Below, one piece after another: positions 44,176 to 54,234 of a stretch of DNA of 64,000 nucleotides. Both the position numbers and the translations under genes were made by a program. The stretch spans positions 32,001 to 96,000 of the forward strand of contig CAVSPA010000007.1 of NCBI GenBank assembly GCA_963729715.1. Direction: 5' to 3'. Each line of letters starts with the position of its first letter. Within the stretch, counting starts at the first letter, position 1. Below the pieces are notes generated by a model that saw nothing but the letters and a program-made list of their open reading frames with translations, had not been told where the DNA came from and did no database searches. The stretch is from an uncultured delta proteobacterium (GTDB lineage Bacteria; Desulfobacterota; Syntrophia; Syntrophales; UBA2185).

Positions 44176-46680
44176 ATGAAAAAAGATTATTCAATAGAGA
44201 TGTGTAAGACTCTCGAAACTGAATACAACGGCCTTGGTTTGCAGCGGCCTTTAGCTGTAAAACGCTACGACGTCGGGGACATCGTGGAATATGACGCGAG
44301 CGCGGTGGCGCCTGATACACCCGATAAGACATCCCGCGTTCGAGTACAGATACAACAATTTATCGGCGGCGGATTTGCTGGTCAGGTTTACAAAGTGAAG
44401 GTTCTCGGCATCGAACCGGATACGCTGCCGGGATTGCAGGTTGATAGTTCTTATGCGTTGAAGATCCTGATTCCGCCATCGGGAGCGGCGCGCTTTTTCA
44501 GAAACCTGCTCTACTGGATCGGTTTTCAGGGGCCTTTTCAATTGCAGTCAAATCCGGCTGCGGCAAGGGCCGGCGCTTTATGGCAGAAATTCATCCGCCG
44601 CGGCGCCAAGATCATGTTCGGTGATGAATCATGCGTTAAAGACATGTACGCCATCTTTGTCGATACCCAACTGGGAAGTTGCGGCGAGATTACCTCCTGG
44701 GTCGAAGGCCGCACCTGGCAGCTTGAAGTCGACGATCACATGGAGCTTTTGAGCAGATGGAAGAAAGGGGAAACTATTCCCCCTGGATGCCTCGGCTCTC
44801 CGGAATATAGAACAAAGAAACAATTCATGGCGGATATTGTCAGACTGCTCCACGATATGGGCGCTTATGAATTTGCCCGCCAGTATGAATGGTCCACCTG
44901 CAAGAGTCAACCGAACTGTTTTAAGTTGGATTCAACCGACGACGACCCTTATACCGGTCTTGTCGCCATGGATTTCCGCGCTGGCCTCGCTCTGCTTCCC
45001 TTCGGGCCGATGAGCCCCGGCGATTTTTCACTGATATGGAGAGGGGTTCGCAGAGGGTCTCTCGTACAGTTCGACAGGGGAGACCTCAAAAAACTCGAAG
45101 CATTTGTGCTCGCTCATAAGAATGAATTTGCAGACATGCTCGGCATGCTTGAGGAGCTGAAAGCCGCGGAAGAAATCTATCGCAATTCGGTTCCCGATGT
45201 TACCCACAATCATCTCAAACTTCTTTACAGCGGAAAGCTCTGGTCTACCATTTTTTCCAGCGCGATTGTCGGGTGGAGAATTAAAAATATAATCGACGCT
45301 CCGACACAGGAACGATTCCAGAAACGCAAAATCTCTGCCCTCCCTTTCTCCCTTCTGGGCTTAATACCATTCTTAGGCGGTATGCTGCGAAAGGCCTGGG
45401 GGCACGCCGAATGGCGGGCGCATTATAAGAAATGCTTGAACAGCATGGAATACCTTCTTAAAACGCTTCGCGGCAAAAGGCTGGAGCGTGTGATGTCATG
45501 GTGTCGGAGCGGCAGGATAGCGGAAGAGTCTGCGCCGATGCTTGCTCATTCCTTGGGGCTGTTTCTCCTTCATCTGCCGCTGTCGATTCTTCCCGCAGGA
45601 CTATATAAGTTCCTGACAAGCTGGAAATATGCAAAGGAGAAATTGGCCTTTATATTCGTGCGGCCCGTCCAGCTCTATTTTAATGCCGAGATGCGGGAGG
45701 AATGGCTGGCCGACATGGTGGAGCTCGGGAAGAAGAAGCGCATCATAAGCGCGAGCGACGCGGATGAGATAATCAAGACCATTAAAGAACCTTTTATTCA
45801 GAAATACCTCAAGAGTCTCGCTGTTCACATCTGTTTGATGCCGACCACGCATGTGGTTGCCACGGCGCTTGCGATCTACTTCATATGGACGCATCCCGAA
45901 ATGCCCCGCGCACAGGCCTGGGCGATAGGATTGGGGATTATCGCCTTTTTCCAGCTCATACCCATATCACCCGGATCGCTCGCGCGGGGGCTCTATGTGC
46001 TTTTCCTGGTTATAAAAGAAAGAAATTTCAAGGACTACAGCATCGCTTTGTTTTTAGCGTTCTTCAAATATGTCGGGTACCTCGCCTTCCCTATACAGAT
46101 GACCTATCGGTACCCCACGCTGGCGCGGTTTATGGCGGGACACTGGGCCACGGAATCCGTGCATGTCGTGCCGGTATTTGGAGAGAGCGGCGCTCTTCTT
46201 GAGCACGGCGTCTTCTGCCTTTTCTACAATTGGCCTCTGACTATTCGCAGGCACATGGATTTACGCGCGCAGAAGAGAGCACTGATGAGACCGCGCTACT
46301 GGCACGCGGCAGCCCTGGGGGTTGGCGCTGCCGGAGTCTTGTTTGGAACCGATACGATGTATTTTAAGTATGCCGGGGTTATCCCGGATCTGAGACACAT
46401 CTGGTGGCTCATGGCCGCACTCCCGTTAATCGGAGGCATTATGGTCAGCAACGGATGCGGGGGCGCTCCGATGATGAGGCGGATTGTAGCGGCTGCGGTC
46501 TTCGGTATCTTTACGAGTCTTATCTATATGATCATTGCGACCGCTTTCGGTTTTCATCATTATGCAAATATTTTCCAACTCGGCATGGCATGCTTATGGA
46601 GACTATTCGTGTTCGGCCTCTTGGCAAGCATAGGCGCCATGGCAATGGAGTTTAAGCTGGAAAAATCTGACGGATATTAA
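44176..46680 (+). CDS. Uncharacterised large membrane protein with an N-terminal protein-kinase-like domain
   Basis: Long ORF (ATG at 44176 preferred); IGGGFAGQVY, YALK, LLHDMG, QPN, VAMDF motifs; several C-terminal hydrophobic helices. Confidence 0.8.
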   Translation: MKKDYSIEMCKTLETEYNGLGLQRPLAVKRYDVGDIVEYDASAVAPDTPDKTSRVRVQIQQFIGGGFAGQVYKVKVLGIEPDTLPGLQVDSSYALKILIPPSGAARFFRNLLYWIGFQGPFQLQSNPAAARAGALWQKFIRRGAKIMFGDESCVKDMYAIFVDTQLGSCGEITSWVEGRTWQLEVDDHMELLSRWKKGETIPPGCLGSPEYRTKKQFMADIVRLLHDMGAYEFARQYEWSTCKSQPNCFKLDSTDDDPYTGLVAMDFRAGLALLPFGPMSPGDFSLIWRGVRRGSLVQFDRGDLKKLEAFVLAHKNEFADMLGMLEELKAAEEIYRNSVPDVTHNHLKLLYSGKLWSTIFSSAIVGWRIKNIIDAPTQERFQKRKISALPFSLLGLIPFLGGMLRKAWGHAEWRAHYKKCLNSMEYLLKTLRGKRLERVMSWCRSGRIAEESAPMLAHSLGLFLLHLPLSILPAGLYKFLTSWKYAKEKLAFIFVRPVQLYFNAEMREEWLADMVELGKKKRIISASDADEIIKTIKEPFIQKYLKSLAVHICLMPTTHVVATALAIYFIWTHPEMPRAQAWAIGLGIIAFFQLIPISPGSLARGLYVLFLVIKERNFKDYSIALFLAFFKYVGYLAFPIQMTYRYPTLARFMAGHWATESVHVVPVFGESGALLEHGVFCLFYNWPLTIRRHMDLRAQKRALMRPRYWHAAALGVGAAGVLFGTDTMYFKYAGVIPDLRHIWWLMAALPLIGGIMVSNGCGGAPMMRRIVAAAVFGIFTSLIYMIIATAFGFHHYANIFQLGMACLWRLFVFGLLASIGAMAMEFKLEKSDGY

Positions 46681-46715
46681 TGCGTCGCTTGATTCTCAGG
46701 TTCGCATAAGCATTG

Positions 46716-47447
46716 TTACGGGTGGTCAAAGACATACCCGATGGAGCGGATACTCTTGAAATAGACAGGATTTTCCGGGTCGTTTTCAAAGTACTTTCTC
46801 AGGCGCACAATGAAGTTGTCAACCGTGCGTGTCGTCGTCTCACCGGAGTAGCCCCAGCCCACTTCCAGGAGCACCTTTCGTGACAAGGGTTTCCCCCGGT
46901 TGGCGATGAAGATCTTGAGTAACCTCACTTCCTGGTCCGTCAGGTGAATCATCCCGTGAGCGCCCTCGGCGGTCATAGTTCCGAAGTTAATCGTGTTGTT
47001 CCCAAATACATATTTATTCTTTAATTCTTCTGCTTCCAGCCCTTCATTGACAGTGCCGCCGTGGCTCCACGAGGACCTCTTCATGAGGCGTTCGATTCGC
47101 ATGAGAAACTCCTCGAGGTTAAAAGGTTTGGCGAGGTAGTCATCAACGCCGTAAGAGAATCCCTTGACCTTGTCATCATGGCCGCCTTTAGCCGACAGGA
47201 TAAGAACGGGGAGCTTTTCATCCTCCATGCGTATATGCCGCAGAACTGACAGACCGTCCAAACCGGGCAGCATGATATCAAGAACAATGAGGTGGGGATT
47301 CCACTCTTTCCACAGACGCAGTCCCGATGTTCCCTCGCCGGCGATTGATATCTCATAGCCCTGCAGGGAGAGATTCAATTTCAACCCCTCGGCAATATGC
47401 TCGTCATCCTCAATGATGAGGATGCGCTTTTGTGGAAGATCTTTCAT
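46716..47447 (-). CDS. OmpR/PhoB-family response regulator
   Basis: IEDD, LDIMLPG, DDYLAKPF, winged helix TRTVDNFIVRLRK, IGY. Confidence 0.95.
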   Translation of the reverse strand: MKDLPQKRILIIEDDEHIAEGLKLNLSLQGYEISIAGEGTSGLRLWKEWNPHLIVLDIMLPGLDGLSVLRHIRMEDEKLPVLILSAKGGHDDKVKGFSYGVDDYLAKPFNLEEFLMRIERLMKRSSWSHGGTVNEGLEAEELKNKYVFGNNTINFGTMTAEGAHGMIHLTDQEVRLLKIFIANRGKPLSRKVLLEVGWGYSGETTTRTVDNFIVRLRKYFENDPENPVYFKSIRSIGYVFDHP

Positions 47448-48415
47448 GGTTTTTCCCTTTTCAGTTTTAAGGGCAGTGCCAACGTGAAAACGGATCCCTT
47501 TCCCACCCCCTCACTATCCGCAGTGATCTTTCCGCGATGGAGTCTTGCGATCTGTTGAGCAAGGTAGAGTCCGATGCCGCTTCCTCCTACCACGGCATGC
47601 TCGCTGCGGTTCCGGCTCTGATAGAATTTCTTGAATATTTTCTTCCTCTCTCCTTTTTCGATACCGATCCCGTTATCCCGGAAACGGATCAGTTGGATAT
47701 TCTCAGCCTCCTCGAAGGTGATGCGGACGCTGGGTCTGCCTGAATTGTTGTACTTCTTGGCATTGGTGAGGATGTTCATCAGGAGCATCTCAATAAGCGA
47801 CGTAACGATAGGCTGATAGAATCCCTTCTCTTGAGGGTTTTCAACATGGATGTCACATTCCCGGAAGATATGGCGGTTGCTCGCAAGAAATCCTCGCACC
47901 ATCTCTACAAGGTCGACGTTTGTAAATATCCCTTCATATACTTTGCTTTCAATCCGGGCAAGATTCAAGATACTGTTGATATTGTTTGAAAGGCGTTCTG
48001 CATCCTGGAGCATGAAGTTGATATATTTGAGTTGCTCATCACGCGGGATTTCATACTTGGTAAAAGTCTCCAGATAAAGCTTCAGGGAGGTAACCGGGGT
48101 CTTGAGCTCATGGGTGAAGTTGCCGATGAAGGTTTGCTGGAGGCGGTAGAGCTGGAGGGTTTTCAGGTGATAGATAAAGATGATGAGAATCCCCGCCAGG
48201 ATGACGCCGACCAGCAAGGACAGGACAAGGATGACAACCCAAGGGCTGGCTTCGATAAATTGGCTCGGATCAAGCTCGTAACGATAGGCGAGTGATTTGA
48301 CTCCCGCGCTTATCCCGACGTACCAGTAAATATACAGGGAGAGGGAACAAACGAGGGCGACCGTCGACAGAACAAAAACAAAAATAGGATGGAAAAACCA
48401 CTTCGCCTGCTTCAT
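47444..48415 (-). CDS. Membrane sensor histidine kinase (two TM helices, very short external loop)
   Basis: FTHELKTP, NA.KY, DNGIG, GSGIGL. Confidence 0.95.
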   Translation of the reverse strand: MKQAKWFFHPIFVFVLSTVALVCSLSLYIYWYVGISAGVKSLAYRYELDPSQFIEASPWVVILVLSLLVGVILAGILIIFIYHLKTLQLYRLQQTFIGNFTHELKTPVTSLKLYLETFTKYEIPRDEQLKYINFMLQDAERLSNNINSILNLARIESKVYEGIFTNVDLVEMVRGFLASNRHIFRECDIHVENPQEKGFYQPIVTSLIEMLLMNILTNAKKYNNSGRPSVRITFEEAENIQLIRFRDNGIGIEKGERKKIFKKFYQSRNRSEHAVVGGSGIGLYLAQQIARLHRGKITADSEGVGKGSVFTLALPLKLKREKP

Positions 48416-48425
48416 AATTCTTTAT

Positions 48426-48454
48426 AATCTATACGATACGTTTATTCCCGTCAA
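48426..48454 (-). promoter_or_regulatory. sigma70 promoter of the two-component operon (near-leaderless)
   Basis: TTGACG-17 bp-TAGATT, with only 10 nt between it and the ATG. Confidence 0.65.
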
Positions 48455-48482
48455 TTTTCCTTCTCTGTTTTTCCTTCTCTGT
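48455..48482. repeat. Tandem 14-bp duplication (TTTTCCTTCTCTGT x2)
   Basis: Exact copies at 48455-48468 and 48469-48482. Confidence 0.9.
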
Positions 48483-48497
48483 TCCAACTTATCCTGC

Positions 48498-48517
48498 ATT
48501 GTAAAAGTATTGTAAAA
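48498..48517 (+). promoter_or_regulatory. Candidate OmpR-family operator (ATTGTAAAA-gt-ATTGTAAAA)
   Basis: 9-bp direct repeat with 11-bp period, between the two-component genes and the radical SAM gene. Confidence 0.55.
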
Positions 48518-48601
48518 CGCTAACTTATAACTTCCTTTCTGTAAATAAATTTCTTATGCTGCCTCCGCACTAACATATTTATACCCTCATGGAGGAGTAA
48601 C

Positions 48602-50359
48602 ATGCACAATCGTTCGCACCAGCCCCACCCTGTCCACCCGCTCGGAACCCGCGCCCGCGTCCTGCTTACCAGTGTTTTCGGACCGTATGCGCAGGATGAT
48701 GAGTATGGAAGCCGCAGGATCAATCCGATGGAGCTATATCAGAATCAAGTAACTCGTGTCCAGGGAGGGTTTTCTCTGCGCATGTTTCATCGCACCTTCG
48801 GGCTGATGATGATTCACGCCAATATCGAAGCCCCCTGTACGATACTGGATTTTCCCACCTTCGAGCGTTTCCTCGAAGAAATTCGTGATTGCCAGTATGA
48901 TATCATCGGTATCGGCGCCATCATTCCGAACATCGGCAAGGTGAAGAAGATGTGTGAACTGATCCGGCAGCATCAACCCGCAGCCACGATTGTCATTGGC
49001 GGGCATATAACCAACAAAGAAGAGATTGATAAAATAATTGATGCAGACCTTATTATCCGCGGCGAGGGCATCCGGTGGTTTCAGCGATATCTCGGGCAGG
49101 ATGACAAGGCGCCAATCAAACATCCGATGGCCATTTCGGGGTTTGGAACCAGGATCATGGGTATCACTCTGGGAAGCAGGCCCGGCGGCACCGCGGCGAT
49201 ACTGATCCCTTCTGTCGGCTGCCCTATCGGCTGCAACTTCTGTTCAACGTCGGCACTATTCGGCGGCAAAGGGCATTTCATTAATTTCTTTGAGACAGGC
49301 GATGAACTTTTTGCCGTCATGTGCGAAATTGAAAAGAAGCTCAAGGTTCGATCCTTTTTTACCCTTGATGAAAATTTTCTCCTCCATAAGAAACGGGCAT
49401 TGAGGCTCCTCGAACTTATGGAGGCCAACAATAAGAGCTGGGCAATATACGTATTCAGTTCCGCACGGGTCCTGCAATCCTATACGATTGACCAACTGGT
49501 GAGACTCGGCATCGGCTGGGTCTGGATGGGCTTGGAAGGTGAAAGCAGCAGTTACAACAAGCTTGATGGCGTTGATACACGAGCCCTGGTGCAGCTCCTG
49601 CAATCTCACGGCATCCGTGTGCTGGGATCCTCGATCATCGGCCTGGAAAATCATAAACCGAAAGATATGGATGCGATCATCGATTATGCCGTAGGCCACG
49701 AGACGGTGTTTCACCAGTTCATGCTTTATACCCCCATTTCGGGGACTCCCCTGTATGAAAAGCACAAACAGGAAGGCGCGCTCTTGGCAGAATCGGAATT
49801 ACCCATTGCCGATTCCCACGGACAATATCGCTTCAATTATCGCCATCCGTATATCAAAGGCGGACAGGAAGAGAAGTATATTCTGGAGGCATTCTGGCGT
49901 GACTTTAAGTTCAATGGTCCCAGTATTCTTCGTCTCATACGGGTGCTGTTGAACGGATGGCACATGCATAAGAACCATCCCCGACGCGTGCGGGAGCGTT
50001 TTGCACGGGAGGTATTTCCTTTACGCTCAACATATGCCGGCGCTGTGTGGGCCATGAAGAAGTGGTATCGCAACGATGCGCGTATCGCCGAAAAGGCGGA
50101 TAAGCTCCTGAAAGATATCTATACCGCATTTGGCTGGAAAACAAGGATTATTGCACCGTTTATAGGGAGGTACACCCTTCGTTCCTTGAAGAAGGAGGAA
50201 GAAAGGCTTGCTCGTGGGTGGACCTACGAACCGTCATGCTTCTATGAAAAGAACTCGGCAGCCAAGGCGCTCAACGCGGCGGCGGCTGTAAAACACAGGT
50301 TAAAGGTGCAAGATAAACGTCCTGCAGTCAATCAGCCGATTCCAAATTATGGCAAATAG
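48602..50359 (+). CDS. Cobalamin-binding radical SAM protein
   Basis: GGAGGAG SD; N-terminal B12-binding-like domain (IVIGGH); GCPIGCNFC; DENF; MGLE. Confidence 0.88.
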   Translation: MHNRSHQPHPVHPLGTRARVLLTSVFGPYAQDDEYGSRRINPMELYQNQVTRVQGGFSLRMFHRTFGLMMIHANIEAPCTILDFPTFERFLEEIRDCQYDIIGIGAIIPNIGKVKKMCELIRQHQPAATIVIGGHITNKEEIDKIIDADLIIRGEGIRWFQRYLGQDDKAPIKHPMAISGFGTRIMGITLGSRPGGTAAILIPSVGCPIGCNFCSTSALFGGKGHFINFFETGDELFAVMCEIEKKLKVRSFFTLDENFLLHKKRALRLLELMEANNKSWAIYVFSSARVLQSYTIDQLVRLGIGWVWMGLEGESSSYNKLDGVDTRALVQLLQSHGIRVLGSSIIGLENHKPKDMDAIIDYAVGHETVFHQFMLYTPISGTPLYEKHKQEGALLAESELPIADSHGQYRFNYRHPYIKGGQEEKYILEAFWRDFKFNGPSILRLIRVLLNGWHMHKNHPRRVRERFAREVFPLRSTYAGAVWAMKKWYRNDARIAEKADKLLKDIYTAFGWKTRIIAPFIGRYTLRSLKKEEERLARGWTYEPSCFYEKNSAAKALNAAAAVKHRLKVQDKRPAVNQPIPNYGK

Positions 50360-50394
50360 ATTCGAGCCGTACTTCTAATGAGAGGTTCCATCGA

Positions 50395-51273
50395 TCAGAC
50401 CGCGCACGGGACAGAGCGACCGGGTAATAATTCCATTCTGTATTTTCGCATTGCCAGATCATCCGCAGGCAACAGCTTTCGTATTTCAGAAAGGGTCGTG
50501 AAGCGGTAACCCGACATCTTTACCTGCCCGAGCAGGTCGATAAACGGGTTGCCCCAGATGCCTCCCTCCACCTCGGCATGCACCGGCAGCACATGGATTT
50601 CTCCGTCATTGAGGATAGAGGTGATGATGGAGATGCCTTCAGGGACGCCCACCTCCTCAAAGCAGGGAAGATCGGACGGAATTTCCACAACACCTGTCTT
50701 CTCGTGGATGAACGGCTTTTTGGCCCGGGTGCAGCTCAGATAATCAAACCGGTAATCCTCGAGAATCTCCATCACCCTGTCGTCGATGACCCAGGCAGGC
50801 GCCCCGAATGCCGAGGGCTTTTCCCCGGTCAGCTCCGTAAAACCGCGGATGCCCTTTTCAAACCAATCCCGTATCCACTCCCTTGATCTTCTGGGGACCT
50901 CGTCCTGCCAGCGTCTGTGATCCCATGCATGAAATTGCACCTCATGCCCGCAAGATAAAATCTCTTGGACGATTTCCGGAAACGAAAGGGCGATCATCGG
51001 CGCAGGAAGCAGGGTCCCGTAAAGGGCAGTCCTCAAACCATAAAGGCCGACAGCATTAGTCCTGACCATCTTTTTCAGAAAGCGGGGATTCTTTATGAGC
51101 TGAAGAATGGCCCTGCCAGAGGTATCAGGCCCTATGCTCAAGAAGAAGGTGGCCTTGATGTCATACTTTCCCAGGATGTTGAGAAGACGGGGCACACCAT
51201 TTTTCATACCATGATAGGTATCAACATCTATCTTTATGCCCAGTACTTTTCTATTTTTGTCATCAGACGGCAC
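50395..51273 (-). CDS. arnD: Undecaprenyl-phosphate-L-Ara4FN deformylase (ArnD-like)
   Basis: IDVDT, GVPRL, GPD.SGRA, YGTLLP, HAWDH, HAEVEG; last gene of the arn cluster. Confidence 0.88.
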   Translation of the reverse strand: MPSDDKNRKVLGIKIDVDTYHGMKNGVPRLLNILGKYDIKATFFLSIGPDTSGRAILQLIKNPRFLKKMVRTNAVGLYGLRTALYGTLLPAPMIALSFPEIVQEILSCGHEVQFHAWDHRRWQDEVPRRSREWIRDWFEKGIRGFTELTGEKPSAFGAPAWVIDDRVMEILEDYRFDYLSCTRAKKPFIHEKTGVVEIPSDLPCFEEVGVPEGISIITSILNDGEIHVLPVHAEVEGGIWGNPFIDLLGQVKMSGYRFTTLSEIRKLLPADDLAMRKYRMELLPGRSVPCAV

Positions 51274-52291
51274 CCTTGTTCTCCTCCAGGAAAGAATCGA
51301 GTGTCATCCTCAGTGCGTCCTTCAAGCCTATCTTAGGTTCCCAATCCAAGAGCTTTTTTGCCTTCTCAATGCTCGGTTTCCTCGAATAGATATCCTGGTA
51401 GCCTTTGCCGTAGTAAGATATGGCGGATGCTTCGATAATTTCCGAGTATGCCTTGTCATTTCTGTGGTCCCGATGGGCCATAAAGAGATTCTTCAAAATA
51501 TCTGCCAATTCCTTCACGGAACATTCATTGTCGGGATTTCCGATGTTGATGATCTCGCTTTTGCACGCATCATTTCTGTTTTCCAGGATTTTCATCAATG
51601 CGGAGATGCCGTCATCCACATAGGTAAAACATCGCTTCTGATGGCCGCCGTCAACGAGCGATATCGGGCGCTTCATAAGCAGTTCGGCGATGAATTGTGT
51701 GACAACTCTGGAACTCCCCTCTTTGGCCACGTCGAGGGAATCCAGCCGCGGTCCGATCCAGTTGAAGGGTCGAAACAGCGTGAATTCAAGATGCCCGCGG
51801 GTGCCGTAGGCATAGATCACGCGGTCCAGGAGCTGCTTGCAGCATGAGTAAATCCAGCGCTCTTTTTGAATCGGCCCGACAACCAGAAAACTCTCGTCCT
51901 CTTTGAATTCGGGGTCATTGCAGGCGCCATAGACCTCGGACGTAGAGGGGAATACAACACGCTTATGATACTTAACACATTGTTTGACAACGCCCAGATT
52001 CATCTCAAAGTCGAGGTTGTATACGCCGATGGGGTCTTCAACATAGAGTTTGGGGGTCGCAATGGCGACAAGTGGCAATACGACGTCACATTTCTTTATG
52101 TGATACTCAATCCATTCCTTGTTGATCGCCATATCACCCTCAAGGAAATGGAAATGAGGATTGTTCACGGCTTCACCGAGGCGATCGTTGGCAAGGTCCA
52201 TGCCGTAGACGATCCAGTCTGTTTGAGCGAGAATCCGGTTGGTCAAGTGATGACCGATAAATCCATTTACCCCAAGAATTAATATCTTCAT
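51263..52291 (-). CDS. arnA: UDP-glucuronate dehydrogenase/decarboxylase (ArnA C-terminal domain as a separate gene)
   Basis: GVNGFIG, PLVAIATP, FPSTSEVYG, RWIYS..K, FRPFNWIGPRLD. Confidence 0.93.
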   Translation of the reverse strand: MKILILGVNGFIGHHLTNRILAQTDWIVYGMDLANDRLGEAVNNPHFHFLEGDMAINKEWIEYHIKKCDVVLPLVAIATPKLYVEDPIGVYNLDFEMNLGVVKQCVKYHKRVVFPSTSEVYGACNDPEFKEDESFLVVGPIQKERWIYSCCKQLLDRVIYAYGTRGHLEFTLFRPFNWIGPRLDSLDVAKEGSSRVVTQFIAELLMKRPISLVDGGHQKRCFTYVDDGISALMKILENRNDACKSEIINIGNPDNECSVKELADILKNLFMAHRDHRNDKAYSEIIEASAISYYGKGYQDIYSRKPSIEKAKKLLDWEPKIGLKDALRMTLDSFLEENKGAV

Positions 52292-53211
52292 TTTAAGGCT
52301 AACCCTTCTTTATTTTTAAAATAGTTAAAAATTTGGCCGCGTTTCATTCTCGACCCCGCGATCTCAATATCTACAAGCTTCAACCTGCCGTCTCCCGTTC
52401 CGACAAAGACATTCTCATTTTCAATCTCTATTCGTCCGGGAGTAAGGTCATTCCTACCCCCCCCTTCAGGACGGGCCCACCAGATAAATATTTTTCCGGC
52501 TCCGGGTAGGAAGCCAAAGGCGCCCGGATACGGCTCGGTTACGGCCCGGATGAGATTGTAGATCCTCAGGGCAGACCAGCTCCAGTCAATGCGCCCATCA
52601 TCCGGCCTCCGTCCGCCGTAATAGCTTCCCTTCGTCAGATCCTGCGGAATCCGTGGGGATCTGCCTTCCCGGATAAGAGGCAGGACTTCTGAGAGCATTT
52701 CCCTCGCCGCCCCGCAAAGCTTGTCATACAAGGTCCTGGCGGTGTCTTCAAATTCTATTTCAACCGCCTTCTGACCGACGATGTCGCCTGCGTCCGGTTT
52801 TCCGATCATATGATGGAGTGTAACCCCGGTCTCCCTCTCTCCGTTTATGATGGCCCAGTTTACGGGAGATCTCCCCCGGTAAGCCGGCAGAAGCGACCCA
52901 TGGAGGTTGTATGCGCCTGACGGCGGTATCTGCAACATGTCCTGACTCAGCATATGCCGAAAGTAGAAGGAAAAGATTACCTCGGGAGCAAGACGTGAAA
53001 CTTTCTCTATCCAAGCGGGCGTATTCACATCAAGGGGACAGAATACCTCGACATGATTCTTATTTGCCCATTCAACGACGGAATCAAACCAGCAATTTTC
53101 CCCGGTGTCGTCTTCATGCGAAAAAATCGCCGCGATGTCAAAACCAGCTTTCTTCAGGGCTTCAAGCCCACAAATACCCATGTTGTGGTATGCAAATACA
53201 ACCACCCTCAT
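52288..53211 (-). CDS. UDP-L-Ara4N formyltransferase (ArnA N-terminal domain as a separate gene)
   Basis: VVFAYH, FSFYFR, NLHGSLLP.YRGR.PVNW, RAVTEPYPGAF. Confidence 0.92.
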   Translation of the reverse strand: MRVVVFAYHNMGICGLEALKKAGFDIAAIFSHEDDTGENCWFDSVVEWANKNHVEVFCPLDVNTPAWIEKVSRLAPEVIFSFYFRHMLSQDMLQIPPSGAYNLHGSLLPAYRGRSPVNWAIINGERETGVTLHHMIGKPDAGDIVGQKAVEIEFEDTARTLYDKLCGAAREMLSEVLPLIREGRSPRIPQDLTKGSYYGGRRPDDGRIDWSWSALRIYNLIRAVTEPYPGAFGFLPGAGKIFIWWARPEGGGRNDLTPGRIEIENENVFVGTGDGRLKLVDIEIAGSRMKRGQIFNYFKNKEGLALK

Positions 53212-54167
53212 TGCGTCTGCCTTGCGCTTTCCGACGAGTGGACCTTTTCAATAACATACTCCGGCCTTTTTCTCACTTCACTGTATATCCGTCCAATGTA
53301 TTCACCTACGATGCCGAAGGCAAAGAACTGCAGTCCCACAAAAACAAACAGAATGGCAAATAATGTAAAAACACCTTCAGCAGCCCACAGGGCGCCATAC
53401 ATAATTCTCGCAACTGCAAGGAAGATGCCGAAGCAGACACCACCGAGAGCCATAAATATGCCCCCGTACATGAGGAGCTTCATGGGCAGATCAGAAAATG
53501 AGGAGACGAGGTCAAACTGAAGGTTGATGAGCTTTCGGAGAGGATAGTGAGATGTGCCGCCGGCCCTCTCATCGTGGGCAACCTCAATTTCTGTCACACG
53601 CTTGCCAAAAAATGTCGCCAATGCCGGAATGAACGTTGCGTGTTCGTGGCAGGCGATCATGCGATCGACCACAGGGCGCCGGTAGGCCCGGAGCATGCAG
53701 CCCCAGTCGGTCATCCTTACCTTAGTGATCCTTCTCGCAATGATGTTGATAATCTTTGACGGTATGATCCTGAACATGGAATCCTTGCGTCCTTTTCTTA
53801 TTGTGCCCACCACATCATAGCTGCCCCCTTCCATCTCATTCACAAGCTTCGGTATCTCTTCGGGAGGATTCTGGAGATCCGCATCCAGCGTGATTACGAT
53901 ATCGCCTCTTACCACGGAAAATCCGGCAAGGATCGCCGCGTGCTGTCCATAATTTCTGACAAGCTCTACAACCTTCACCTCTGGATCACCGGCAAGGCCC
54001 TTCAATATGGAGAGGGAACTGTCACGGCTGCCGTCGTCAACAAGAATTATCTCATACGGCCTCCCCATGCCTTGCATTACCGGCCGGATGCGCTCCATGA
54101 GGCTACGCAGGTTCTCCTCTTCATTATAGACGGGAATGACCAGGGAAATCATCTGTTGTGAACTCAT
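53208..54167 (-). CDS. arnC: Undecaprenyl-phosphate Ara4FN transferase (GT2)
   Basis: PVYNEE, DDGS, RNYGQH, DADLQNPPEEIP, GEYIGRIY; two C-terminal TM helices. Confidence 0.92.
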   Translation of the reverse strand: MSSQQMISLVIPVYNEEENLRSLMERIRPVMQGMGRPYEIILVDDGSRDSSLSILKGLAGDPEVKVVELVRNYGQHAAILAGFSVVRGDIVITLDADLQNPPEEIPKLVNEMEGGSYDVVGTIRKGRKDSMFRIIPSKIINIIARRITKVRMTDWGCMLRAYRRPVVDRMIACHEHATFIPALATFFGKRVTEIEVAHDERAGGTSHYPLRKLINLQFDLVSSFSDLPMKLLMYGGIFMALGGVCFGIFLAVARIMYGALWAAEGVFTLFAILFVFVGLQFFAFGIVGEYIGRIYSEVRKRPEYVIEKVHSSESARQTQ

Positions 54168-54234
54168 GGGATCGTCCTCATTGTTACAGATCATTCGATC
54201 GCTTATGCATGAGCAAAATGCTTTTGCACGGCTC

